In this document: positions 1 through 12,319 of the stretch, piece after piece
How the letters are laid out: each line of letters begins with the position of its first letter
Position numbering within the stretch: position 1 is the first letter of the stretch
Assembly: GCA_964016885.1 (NCBI GenBank)
Contig: OZ024758.1
Coordinates: 33,046,001-33,110,000, forward strand
Direction of reading: 5' to 3'
DNA length: 64,000 bases
Source: Eledone cirrhosa
Taxonomy: Eukaryota
Program-made: the position numbers and the translations under genes
The notes under the pieces: generated by a model
The model's input: only the letters and a program-made list of their open reading frames with translations
What the model was told of the DNA's origin: nothing
The model's database searches: none

Positions 1-263
1 CAGTATGACACTCAAAGAACTACTACAATTCCCAACACTACTTATTTTCAACAACACCCTAATTGTGCAATTCGCATTGCAAGTATATTTCATATAAACC
101 ATGCTATTGATGTTGTAATTTAATAGCTGTTATTAATCTATACTTGAGCTGCTCGCCAGTTACAGACCTAGCATGGATGTTGTACGGACACATTTTTATT
201 GCTGTTGTATTTGAATAATTGTACATGTTGAATAAACTTTACATTTCTGGTAGATATCGAAAA

Positions 264-300
<37 letters not shown>

Positions 301-951
301 CTAGCATTAAAGCCCGGTGTTGCTCGGAGTCAGTAAGTTACCAAAGTTAGGTTGCACTACCCATTTTATGGCAGCACTTTTTTGTCTGCCAGGCACTGGG
401 TGAATGAATTGCAGACCTGGACTGCTGAAGCAGGAGCTGCGCCAGCAGTGACAATTGTAGTTTCGCCTATGGATATTATCTCTGTGCAAAGAAGTGTTGA
501 AATTTATTGTTTCACAGTACTTGCGCAACACGCGCGTAGATGATGCCAGCCGAACAACCGAGCTGCGATGGAGTTGTTCTGCATGGTTGTCTAATGTGTG
601 TTTTCTAAATTTAAGACAGTAGGGAGGGGTGTGATATGGGGGAGAGTTAGCTGCTGTTTCTAGCAGGTTTAGTGACCTCATAGAGGATATTATTGTGTAT
701 AGTAAATAAACTGATACTTCTTTCTTCCACGTTCGTTGATAGATGTTTTTTAAAAAATTTATCGCTATTATTTTTGTTGTTGAATAAATCTATCTGTTGC
801 TTTTGAATAATTGTTGTTTCTTCTGAAATGTAATAAGTTCTCTTCGTCATTGAAGTAAATAAATGTTTGACCGTTCCACACTCAAAAACAAACGTTCTCT
901 CTCTCCCTCTCCCTCTCACTCTCTCTCTTAAAATTTGTAAGTTTAATCATC

Positions 952-1501
952 ATCATTATCTATAAAAGGCAGATTGTTGTTGTTGTGTGTGTGTGTGCAT
1001 GTTCCATATTTATACATTTGCACAATTTCAAACCGATTCGACTCAAAGTCTGTAAGAATGTTGTAAATGGTCTAACTTAGGTCAACGACTATTTATTAAT
1101 TTCAAACTCACCCACAATTACGGAAATAATCGATAAAACTAAATACATGACGCTTTACCCGTCTAATACAATCAGATTCCCTCTCTCTACTCCCCTTCAT
1201 CAGAGAAAGTTGCATTAAAATTCGATGAAACTACATACATGCTGCAACTTTCTCTGATGAAGGGGAGTAGAGAGAGCAAATCTGATTGTATAGAGGGGTA
1301 AAGCATCATGTATTTAGTTTTATCTATTATTTCCGTAATTGTGGGTGAGTTTGAAATAAATAATTAGTCGTTGAACTAAGTTAGACCATTTACAACATTC
1401 TTACAGACTTTGAGTCGAATCGGTTTGAAATTGTGCAAATGTATAAGAATGGATCATGCACACACAGACACAACAACAATCTGCCTTTTATAGATAATGA
1501 T
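952..1501. repeat. ~550-bp near-perfect palindrome (foldback), arms ~260 bp
   Basis: ATCATTATCTATAAAAGGCAGATTG...CATCAGAGAAAGTTGCA (952-1214) is the reverse complement of 1243-1501, with a loop of ~28 nt. Confidence 0.9.
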
Positions 1502-1508
1502 ATATATC

Positions 1509-1563
1509 TGTTAGAACACGAAAAGTGTGAAACAACAGAATGTTCACTTTTCGTGTTCTAACA
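1509..1563. repeat. 19-bp-stem hairpin
   Basis: TGTTAGAACACGAAAAGTG (1509-1527) pairs with CACTTTTCGTGTTCTAACA (1545-1563). Confidence 0.85.
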
Positions 1564-1657
1564 TATATGCCTAGCTTCTTCATAAATTTTTCGGGGATAG
1601 CCGTGGTGGTGGTGATCGTATGTCATTGGCTAATTTTCAACCAATCAGAGTAAGTGT

Positions 1658-1658
<1 letters not shown>

Positions 1659-1722
<64 letters not shown>
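1659..1722. repeat. (TA)n microsatellite
   Basis: Direct reading. Confidence 0.95.
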
Positions 1723-1723
<1 letters not shown>

Positions 1724-3080
1724 TATTCCCCCTCTCTCTATATATATCTTACGCTTTCGCTTTACACTCCTCCCCTTCAATAACACATTTCTCCCTCTCT
1801 ATATATCTCTTCCACTGTTACTTACGCCTGTTTCTCTCTATCTGTTCCGTCTCTATATATATCTCTCTTACTCTTTCGCTTTGCACTCCTCCCCTTCAAT
1901 ACCATCTCTCCCCTCTCTATATATTTGTTACTCTATCGCTGCACGCTCCTCTCCTTCAATATATCAATTACACACGCTTTACACTCCTTTATCCCCAGCG
2001 CCCCTATATATACACCCCCCTCCCGCATCTATATTTTAATGTTCCGTTGCACCGTGAATATATGTGTCTATATATATATACATATATATTGTATATACAC
2101 ATTCATGTATGTGTATACACACTCATGTATGTATATACACTGGTTTTATGTGTGTATTGTAAATTTGTACTGTTAAAACACGAAACTAACATTCGATTGA
2201 CACTTTGATTACCTGTACAGGCAATAGTTATTAGAATGCTGTTGAAGTGTGTATATATTTTTGGGGGACATCCTGTATATACACACATTATATATAATAC
2301 AATAAACAGATAAATACACACATATATATATGAGCTTATTTAATTATAAATATTGTGAATTTTTAACTCAGTTCAATTATATATATAAATGGCTTCTACA
2401 GGACTAGAACTGTTTCATTCGAAAGAAATCATCATAATATTGAGAGGGGGGACTAGATAAAATATTTCAAATCAAATGTGTATAAGTTATAAGTTAAAAT
2501 GTATAAATAGAGACGATAGTGGAGGTATATCTGTTTAGTGGAACAGTAGACGATAGAATTAAATACAGACGAGAATCTCCCTTTAATGAAACAGCAGACG
2601 ATAGAATTAAGGCAATTTAAATTTTAAACATTTGCATTTTTTCCTTTCATCGTTACGGGGTCGATAAAATAAAGTACCAGTAATACACTGTCACTATAAG
2701 TAGACGACTTTCAAATTGAATTGTTGGTTCCATTTCTTTAGTATTTTCAATTGTAGTTATCTACTTAAAAAGCGTTACACGGTTAGAGACATAATTGGTA
2801 AGTTATATCTTCCCTATTAAACCATTGCATTATTTCGCCTACAATAGAACAAAAATGAAATGTTCTTTAAAGAAACAGGAATATAACTTTATAAAAAAAA
2901 AAGTTGCATCCGCTTCTTTTATCATTGATAATTTTTTCGTTTTAATATTAATTGTTTTTTGTAGTTGTTTATATTAAAAATCTTACTGTAATATTTACTT
3001 AAACGAAGGCAGACATCTAAACTTATAGATTAATCTTGAGCGAAGGACTAGATAAATCTCTCTCTCTCTCTCTCTCTCTC

Positions 3081-3262
3081 AACGAAGAATGATAACATTT
3101 CAAGCAAAGAGTTTAATTAGGTAATGACTTACAAATTTGTTTCAGTATATCTTTAATATAATATTATTAACTAATTATTATAATTAGCGCTTCAGGCTTT
3201 GTCTATATACTGAAACAAATTTGTAATTAAACACTTTGCTTGAAATTTTATCACTCTTCGTT
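3081..3262. repeat. Imperfect inverted repeat, probably a Penelope pLTR relic
   Basis: ATTTCAAGCAAAG...TTACAAATTTGTTTCAGTATAT versus ATATACTGAAACAAATTTGTAA...CTTTGCTTGAAAT. Confidence 0.6.
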
Positions 3263-3549
3263 TTGAATTTCTCCTAAGTATTCAATACTCTGTTGAGAAA
3301 TACATTTTACAATTTTCTGGCCTTGTGCCAATAGTAGAAACAATTAATTACTTATATTTATATATATATATATATATATATAGCGTATGATTAGAACTGT
3401 GTTTATTATTAATATTTTAATGGATTTAATGAAAAATTTTAGGTGTTCATATATATATTCTAAAAATGCGCGAAATCGTGAATCCGCGATAGTTGAACCG
3501 CCAAGTAGCGAGGTATCACTGTATATATGTTTAAATATATAGTGTAGCT

Positions 3550-4014
3550 GTGATGTATCTCGTGAGTGAATCGAGACCTGTCACTGATTTTGGTGTCCCC
3601 ACTGCCGATGTGAATGAGCAACGCTGCACTTGTGAATTGGGTCTTGATGTTGCAGGCAGTTCATATACTTACAATGATGCGGTCCCACAAGCTTGTTCAC
3701 ATTCCTGTGCTAATAATCTAGATGGGCGTATTAAATTGGATGTGAAAGCAGCTTACCGGATGCGGAATCGGGAGAAGTTGAGACAAAAACAGGCCGATTA
3801 TAGAGCTGTGAATTTTGCTAAATTAACACAAAAACAGGCCAAGTATAGATGTTCAAAACGGTATGAGTTGGCAAACAAGCAGGCCAAGTATAGATCTGCA
3901 AATTCAGCTATTATATCTCAAAAGCAAGCCGAGCGTAGAGCTTCTAAACGTACCGAGTTGGCTAAAGAGCAGACCAAGTACAGATCTGCAAATATCTTAT
4001 TGCACAAACAATAA
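3550..4014 (+). pseudogene. ORF with 14-aa basic repeats (KQAKYR-like), probably a transposon relic of unknown family
   Basis: QKQADYR/QKQAKYR/NKQAKYR/QKQAERR/KEQTKYR at a 14-aa period; no catalytic motif seen. Confidence 0.3.
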
Positions 4015-4040
4015 TTCTGCACAAATGTTGCTCCATTATT

Positions 4041-4222
4041 TTGGCAGTATTGGTAGAGGGTCGGATGCCATGCTTTCCAGCATAGTTACGTCCCTTTACG
4101 ATCTGAGTTCAAATCCTGCCGAGGTTGACTTTGCCTTTCATCCTTACGGGGTAGATAAAATAAAGTACCAGTAATGCACTGGGTAATTGCTGGCCTTGTG
4201 CCTAAAGTAGACACAATTATTA
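4041..4222 (+). mobile_element. tRNA-derived SINE, family A (Meta-like central domain)
   Basis: A box TGGCAGTATTGGT, B box GAGTTCAAATCC, central GCCTTTCATCCTTACGGGG...GATAAAATAAAGTACCAG and ATT tail; about a dozen copies in the window. Confidence 0.85.
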
Positions 4223-4407
4223 GATCTAATGTTGCAACGATACAGTTAAATGTTGTCTGTGTATTATAAAAAAGATTTGCTTATAATCTTTTCAAATTTC
4301 ATTACGCCAATGATTCAAGCTCAAATTGACATTATCTAAAAAATTGTACAAACAGCGGTGGATTAGCAGTAGTGAACAGATAAATCAGTCAATTTATTAG
4401 GATTGAC

Positions 4408-4900
4408 TTGGCATCAATCAGCAAGACCTTCATTAGCTGCTCTCCAGCCATCTATTTAAAGCTGTATACATCTATGGTACGAATACACTTGGAGTTCGCG
4501 TCATCAGTCTGGAACCCCTATCTTGCTCAGAACATTGACCTCCTGGAAACTGTTCAGAGACATGCAACCAAGCGCATACCCTCCATCAGACACCTACCAT
4601 ACCCTGAATATTTTGCTTCCCTCTGGCAATGGACTTGGTAAACACCCACAAAGTTATTAACCATCCGACCAACAACAACCCCGAACACCTTTTTGATCTC
4701 CATGTGTCTAACACGTGGACATGCCTACAAAGTCAGAAAACAACACAGCTCCCATGACTTTAGGAAATATTTCTTCATGCTCAGAGTTGCATGATGGAAT
4801 GATGGAACAAACTTCCTGCATCAGTTGTTAGCTGATGACACACTGCATCCTTTAAAACCATCATACATTCCGAAATACACCAAAACTACACCTGATGTCC
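4408..4900 (+). mobile_element. CR1/L2-group LINE 3' fragment (degenerate)
   Basis: KLYTSMVRIHLEFASSVWNPY...LETVQRHATKRIP is the typical post-RT region of this group. Confidence 0.8.
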
Positions 4901-5534
4901 CCCTTCCATACACATGCACATATGTGTATATCATGACTCATGCACTGTTCTTTTTTCCTGACGTTTTTATATTACCCTATGTATTATATATGCACTTTTG
5001 ATGAGTTGTAGTGCACCTCAGCATTGTACACAATATTTTCATTATTATTATCATTATTATTATTACACTCATTGATCCATTTTGCACTAACTCTGCATCA
5101 AGCACCCTCACCTAAATATTAACCAATCAAGGATCCAATACAGCTATCTGTTGGATGAGTATTGTATAGTGCCAAAAACGAAACCAATCAGTTTAGCAGA
5201 AAGTTTCCAGACAAGAAACACGCATATTTTGCTATCCTCAAACACGTTTACACATGGCATGAAATATAACTAATCCGAGATGGCTAGGTTTCATCTTCTA
5301 ATTGGATATACGAAATCCATTATGTCTTGACAACAACATGAGGTAACATTATGTTATTCACAGACACACTTTGTACACTGTTCCATATCAGAATGTATTT
5401 CCTTCGTCACATTCACAAACAGTATTGAAAATATGTTCTTCGGCAAATAAAAATATTTTGTTCATAATATTTCAACTAGCGATTGCTCTACTCCACGCAC
5501 GACCACCATAAATTAATGACCAGCTCAACACAAG

Positions 5535-5705
5535 TATTGGTAGAGCGTCAGACACCATGCTTTGCAGTATTGTTATGGTCCTTTGCATTCTAAGTTCAAA
5601 TCCTGCCGAGGTTAACTTCGACTTTCATACTTACTAATTCGATAAAATAAAGTACCAGTAATGGACTGCCGTAATGGATTTGTGCCGAAAAATAGAAACA
5701 CTATT
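5535..5705 (+). mobile_element. SINE family A copy
   Basis: Matches the 4041 copy (GTTCAAATCC; GATAAAATAAAGTACCAG). Confidence 0.75.
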
Positions 5706-6256
5706 AATGTGCAATAAGAGCAAAATATAACGACATTGCTCAATTATTTTATCTAATGTTGTAATAACACAAGGAAATGTTGTTTGTGTATTTTTTTTTA
5801 TATTTGCTCATAGGATTTTACAATTTCGCTCAGCCAACAACTATTAAAAAGTGAGTTGCTTAAGATAACAATTTAATCACAAATTGTTGCTATCTTTTAA
5901 TACACTCCAACAAGTCATCAAATTATGTACAATAAAAACAAATCTTATTAATTTGCTCAGGGAATATAAAGAAAATGTATATACACTGATAATTGCAATT
6001 GTATGTAAATATTTTGTTTTTGTATTGTTTATTTTATGTTTTCTATTATGTATAATATATTGATTTAATATTGATTGTTTTTTGTAGTTGTTTATATTAA
6101 AAGTCTGAAAATATTTTTATACATCTTACACTAATATTTATAAGATAATTTATAATAACAATTACATAATCTAATTACATTACAATGATAATTTATTATT
6201 AATATATATCCTGTTTAACTAGAGTTATTACAAGCGTTGCCTTAAAAAAATATTAA

Positions 6257-7211
6257 ACTAGACATGAAAAATGCGCAAGCTCAAAAGTGCCACAGAATGT
6301 TATAATAAACCTTCAAAAGTGTGGGACTAGAGTTGTTGCTAAAAAATATTGTAATCATTATATATCGTACATTCTGTGGCATCCTTTATAAAAATAGCTT
6401 AAACCAACGAAGCCTTTATTTTTACGCTATTTCACTTAGTTAATTCTTAGAGTGTAACATATAAAAATAAATACATCTATGTTTAATGTAATAACAGCTA
6501 TAAATAATTACGTAATATTATTATCATATACTCATAGTAACAAAATAATTGTGTTGAAAATTAATATGATGCTTATATGAACGATCAAATCTATAATGAT
6601 AATTTCTTAAATATACTAATAGTAAAATAATTTAGTTATGTATTGTTACATTTTCATAGAACTATAATATTAACAATCGTATTGCATTATCAAATTTTTA
6701 TCACTACAAACTTTCATATTGGAATTACCTTAAGCCACTTATTATTACTTCGCTTTCGTACTTTTACAGCTGTAGATATTGCGCTGTATCTTATATCTAA
6801 TATCAATATCTCATGGTAATTTGCATGCAGTGTAAAATAGGTTTATTAATAACTTTAATATGAAATGTATTATACAGGGCTGCGGAGTCGACCAAAAATT
6901 GACTGGCTCCAACTCAGGATCCGATACTCCATTATTTCCTAAATTTCAGCTCCGCAGCTCTGTTATTATATTAATTAATTTATTTTATAGTTGTAAATCA
7001 TATTTTTATATGTTACACTCTAAGAATTAACTAAATGAAATAGCGTAAAAATAAAGGCTTCGTTGGTTTAAGCTATTTTTATAAAGGATGCCACAGAATG
7101 TACGATATATAATGATTACAATATTTTTTAGCAACAACTCTAGTCCCACACTTTTGAAGGTTTATTATAACATTCTGTGGCACTTTTGAGCTTGCGCATT
7201 TTTCATGTCTA

Positions 7212-7213
<2 letters not shown>
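6257..7213. mobile_element. Non-coding element with 213-bp terminal inverted repeats (ACTAG...CTAGT ends)
   Basis: 6257-6469 is a near-perfect reverse complement of 7001-7213. Confidence 0.85.
6875..6962. mobile_element. Small hAT-like MITE nested in the 213-bp-TIR element
   Basis: TIRs CAGGGCTGCGGAG / CTCCGCAGCTCTG; 8-bp flanks GTATTATA / TTATTATA (7/8 match, TSD-like). Confidence 0.7.
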
Positions 7214-7266
<53 letters not shown>

Positions 7267-7290
7267 TATATATATGTGTGTGTATATATA

Positions 7291-7347
<57 letters not shown>

Positions 7348-7423
7348 CAAAGGAATTGTGGTAAGGAACCAGATGGACCACAACGCACCAGAGTACTCAA
7401 TACTTAGGGTAGTAGAGTGGGAA

Positions 7424-9962
7424 ATAGGAAAAAGTATGACCCCGACGGCAGAGCTCAAGCCGTTTCGACGGCTATTTCTGGACTAAATTAGAATTTTTAG
7501 CCTGGTGAATAAATAGCCGAACTTTTCAAGGGGGTACTTCCTGATATAGGAAGGTTGTAGTTGTCAAGAGGATTGGTTAAAATTTGTTGTAAACACAAAT
7601 AAGTCTATCATGGCATTTGGTGGGAGGTAGGGGTGGCTGAACTTGCCTGTAGAACAATAGGGGAGTGAGTGGAGCGGTCAAGCGTTGAAAGTGATATGTA
7701 TACAGCAGATTCTAAGGATAAGGTATGAAGTGGAGGAGGGAGGTTATAGAATAGGTAAATTGAATGAGAGTAGGAGACAAGAAAAGATACTAGAAAGAAA
7801 TTAAAAAATATATAAAATTAGATAGTGAGAAATGAATAAAAAAAATCACAATGCTATCTTGCAATTACAGGTTAATAAGTTGAGAATAGAAAAAACTTGT
7901 AGAAATTGAGTAGTACCAGAAGTGATACAGAATTAAAGGGGTTTAACACGTCTGCTATAAGTAGCTAGTAAAACGTATTCTGCCAATTCTATCTTAAAAC
8001 TACAGGGGTGGGGGAACTGATGCTACAGAGGCCCGATGGGCTGCATCGGGGTAGGCGAAGGGGAAAAGCAGACGAGGAAGAAAATAGGGGTGGAAGGAAA
8101 CAGGGGGAAGAAGAAGACAAAGAGGAATAGAAAAGAAAAGAGATACATCTACCTAAGTAAGCTGGGGTTTCCCCTAACTTATTCGGCAAGTAGGGGGGTA
8201 TCAGCCCTTGTCTACCCACCCGGGTCGTTATGGGGTTTGAGGGCGAGGTAAGTCCTACGCAATCTGTGTTTGCATGCGGTTACCAGTTCCTCTTTCTTGT
8301 TTAGGAGTTGGTCCTTCGAAAACAGCATTTGTAATGTTTCCTCCGAGCATAAGTTACACGGACGGCGTCCTCCCGTGTAAGAGTTAGCTTTAGACAGTAA
8401 GCTCCAAGTGAGAATTAGATAGTGAGAAATGAATAAAAAAAATCACAATGCTATCTTACAATTACAGGTTAATAAGTTGAGAATAGAAAAAACTTGTAGA
8501 AATTGAGTAGTACCAGAAGTGATACAGAATTAAAGGGGTTTAACATGCCTGCTATAAGGAGTTAGTAAAACGTATTTGGCCAATTCTATCTTAAAATTAC
8601 AGGGGTGGGGGAACTGATGCTACAGAGGCCTGATGGGCTGTATCGGGGTAGGTGAAGGGGAAAAGCAGACGCGGAAGAAGATATTTGACGAACACGCGCC
8701 TCATTACAACCAGGCCCTCAAGCGGAGTGGCTTCCGGGAGGAAATATCGTAGTAGCATGTCGCCGGACCGGGTTTCGGAAAGTATGTCGGTGTTGGTAGG
8801 GCCGGGTCTTGAAGTCACACGCGGTTAATCCTATATAAGCTTTGTTGGCGTGTCCGTCCTCACATTGCACTGGTAGATCACGTTACGTTCTCGGCATTTA
8901 TTGTTGAGGGGGCACGTAGATCTATCAGGGCAGTTACACCTGGTCGGTTCTCCACTGATGTCTAGGTTATTTCTTCCGTAGAGGTTGAGTTTTTTGTTGT
9001 TTGAGGAGACGATGTTTTGTGCGAAGTTAGGTGTGGTGCTGTAGGAGAGTTTGATGGTGTTTTTGTTGATTATGTTGTGGTAGGGGTGTTGTAGTGGGAA
9101 GTGTTTTTCGAGGAGTCTAAAGAAGATTTTCCCGATAGGTATTGCCACCTCGGCATTATGGGGAGGATTGAACCACGTTACGTTGCGTGAGTGGTGGTGT
9201 CACCGCTGGATCCGCTAAGGGAAGCTGGATAAAAGGATATTTCCTCCCGGAAGTCACTGCGCTTGAGGGCCTGGTTGTAATAAGGCGCATGTTCGTCGAA
9301 TATCTTCTTCCGCATCTGCTTTTCCCCTTCACCTACCCCGATACAGCCCATCAGGCATCTGTAGCATCAGTTCCCCCACCCCTGTAATTTTAAGATAGAA
9401 TTGGCCAAATACGTTTTACTAACTACTTATAGCAGACATGTTAAACCCCTTTAATTCTGTATCACTTCTGGTACTACTCAATTTCTACAAGTTTTTTCTA
9501 TTCTCAACTTATTAACCTGTAATTGTAAGATGGCATTGTGATTTTTTTTATTCATTTCTCACTATCTAATTTTATATATTTTTTTATTTCTTTCTATTAT
9601 CTTTTATTGTCTCCTACTCTCATTCAATTTACCTATTCTATAACCTCCCTCCTCCACTTCATACACTAGCCTTAGAATCTGCTGTATACATATCACTTTC
9701 AAAGCTTGACCACTCCACCACTCCCCTATTGTTCTACAGGCAAGTTCAGCCACCCCTACCTCCCACCAAATGCCATGATAGACTTATTTGTGTTTACAAC
9801 AAATTTTAACCAATCCTCTTGACAACTACAATCTTCCCACATAAGGAAGTACCCCCTTGAAAAGTTCGGCTATTTATTCACCAGGCTAAAAATTCTAATT
9901 TAGTCCAGAAATAGCCATCGAAACGGCTTGAGCTCTGCCATTGAGGTCATACGTTTTCCTAT
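7424..9962 (-). mobile_element. Penelope-like element relic with inverted and partial-tandem pseudo-LTRs
   Basis: Minus strand encodes VTWFNPP...IGKIFFRLLEKHFP...NTIKLSYS...CNCPDRSTCPLNNKC...VIYQC (8831-9185) and WSLLSKANSY...CNLCSEE...LLNKKEELVTACKH (~8260-8410). 7424-8080 is inverted at 9305-9962 and partly repeated directly at 8414-8745. Confidence 0.85.
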
Positions 9963-10145
9963 ATATATATATATTTATATATATATTTATATATATATAT
10001 ATATGTGTTTTTCGATATATATATGTATATCAACTAGAAATTGATTGACATATATATATCTAAAATAAACACATGAAACAATCACAGGGATAATTTGTAA
10101 AGTGTGTAAGCACACACAGCTAGGTAGGTAACTAATTAAAGTTTA

Positions 10146-10494
10146 ACTAGAACTTCAAATATAGATACTTTTTAAAATGATTAATCTTCCTTGTATATAT
10201 TTCATTAAAGAAATATATTTCTCCATTAATCCGAAATCACAGTAGTCTGTCGATAATCCTATTCACGCCGATGGTACGATCTGTATATTTTTTTTTTAAA
10301 TGCAACATGTGCGACGGGTCATTCACAGATTTGCATTTGCTGTGTAAACACAGTTAGTTAAATCTTCTCCCTTGTTGAAAATCCAGGAGTTGACTACTGC
10401 GATTTACCGATTAATGATGAAATATATTTCTTTAATGAAATATATACAAGGAAGATTAATCATTTTAAAAGGTATCTATATTTGAAGTTCTAAA
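10146..10494. repeat. ~75-bp inverted repeat pair
   Basis: AGAACTTCAAATATAGATAC...CATTAAAGAAATATATTT versus its reverse complement at 10418-10494. Confidence 0.75.
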
Positions 10495-11453
10495 GTGGTC
10501 ATGTACGTGTCATGACAAAAAGCACCCAGTCCACACTGTAAAGTGGTCGTGTAGGAGACATGGTATAACACTCCCAGTCCACACTGTAAATGTGGTTGGT
10601 GTTGGGAAGGGTATCCAACAGTAGAAAACCTGCAAGATACAGTCCTATACGAGCAAGACACGTAGAAGATAGACATTAAATGATGATGATGATGTATATA
10701 TATATTTACTATGATAAACAGTGTCGGTTGATCCAATCAATTAACCGACAACGATGTAATCATGTGGAAGCACTCAACGTCATGGATGCGACAATGCATT
10801 GAGTATATGGTATCAGAAGGAACAGAGATGGTATCCCATATTCAAGATGATTCTATTTCATTGCAATGGAATAGAATTCTATTGAATATGTGATGCCGTC
10901 TCTCTTCTTTTTCTTAATATATATATGTTTGTGTGTGTGTGTAAAATTGAATTAGAAGTTTTCCCCGTATGTTTGACTACAGAAAATAGACTAATAACAG
11001 GGCATATAACCACCCTGAACGAGAAAAATAGGCATCAGCTTCTAATTTAATTTTCAAATTCCGTTCACCCTTACTCATGCTAGCATGGAAAAATGGACAT
11101 TAAATGGAAATGATGATGATAATGATGTTCTAAACATGTTCCTGTCGATTCTGTGTCTCACTTGCATTTAACCAACATAACAGTTCTCTAATATATTGAG
11201 CAAACTGGCATTACAAGAGCAATTCCATCTTAATGTGTGAAATTGCACACCAAAAGGTGGCTGATGAGGTAGAGAGGCAGTTGTCTATTTGTCTTATGAA
11301 ACTTTTTCTGTGTGCAATTTCTGCTCTTATATGTATACACATACATATTGTTATAAAGACTTTGTTAAGATAAGTTTGTTTATTTTCATGTCTCCAAACT
11401 TTTCGGTTTGCATGAGATTGATTTGTATATGTTTATGTGTGTATATATATATA

Positions 11454-11978
11454 TATATTGTTATACTTTGGGAGGGTCATGTTGCCAATAAGAAACACAC
11501 GCACCAGTTGCTTTCACTTCAATTTATTATATATTTATAAATTTACAAATTTACAAACTTATAAATTCCTGGTTGGTTGGTTGGTTGCACAACCAGATAA
11601 TTGTTTATATATAGTCATAGTCCTTTCGTCACACACTCTGTGACCTCTTCAGTGACTGGGGATTCCTTTCTTTGTTTCTGTGCCTTTCCTTTCTTCTATC
11701 CTACGCCATTTTGTTTCTCAAAATTGCGTAGGATAGAAGAAAGGAAAGGCACAGAAACAAAGAAAGGAATCCCCAGTCACTGAAGAGGTCACAGAGTGTG
11801 TGACGAAAGGACTATGACTATATATAAACAACTATCTGGTTGTGGAACCAACCAACCAACCAGAAATTTATAAGTTTGTAAATTTATAAATTTATAAATA
11901 TATAATAAATTGAAGTGAAAGCAACTGGTGCGTGTGTTTCTTATTGGCAACATGACCCTCCCAAAGTATAACAATATC
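11454..11978. mobile_element. ~525-bp palindrome of a dispersed repeat carrying hammerhead motifs (Penelope pLTR-like); related copies at 13160-13480, 34658-34835 and 51715
   Basis: TTGTTATACTTTGGGAGGGTCATG...CCTACG, short loop near 11715, then the mirror-image arm. Confidence 0.85.
11775..11819 (+). ncRNA. Minimal type I hammerhead ribozyme motif (mirror copy on the minus strand at 11613-11657)
   Basis: AGTCA-CTGAAGA-G-GTCAC(agagtgt)GTGAC-GAAA-GGAC-TA-TGACT: stem I, core, stem II, GAAA, UH. Confidence 0.7.
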
Positions 11979-12031
11979 GGTTTCAACACACGATTTCAGA
12001 TAAAGAATCTTGCTAAACAAATTCAGAAACG

Positions 12032-12069
<38 letters not shown>

Positions 12070-12319
12070 ATATAAATGTTGATATATATGTGTGTTGATA
12101 TAAATTTGTTCGTATAGCAAATCATCATCATCGTTTAGCGTGGAAGATAGACGTTAAACGATGATGATGAGCTATTTTCCAGAAATGTTGTTATTCGCGA
12201 TCATCTTAAACGCAGTGAATTCATATTTGTTGGAAGTGTGTCATTGTTATAAAGACTTTGTTAAGATAAGTTTATTCATTTTCATGTCTCCAAACTTTTC
12301 AGTTTACATGAGATTTGTA

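Noticed and set aside
307-919. Possible Penelope-like coding relic on the minus strand (YHTPPYC...)
   Set aside because: The similarity is too weak and needs several frameshifts
1226-1262. GAAA and CTGATGA near the centre of the palindrome
   Set aside because: The order and stems do not fit a hammerhead topology
4041-4125. tRNA genes suggested by A/B boxes
   Set aside because: These are SINE heads continuing into a shared body and tail, many with TSDs; no intact cloverleaf
5130-5470. Possible Helitron N-terminal relic (NGFVYP-like) on the minus strand
   Set aside because: One short motif that needs a frameshift; unsupported without an HMM search
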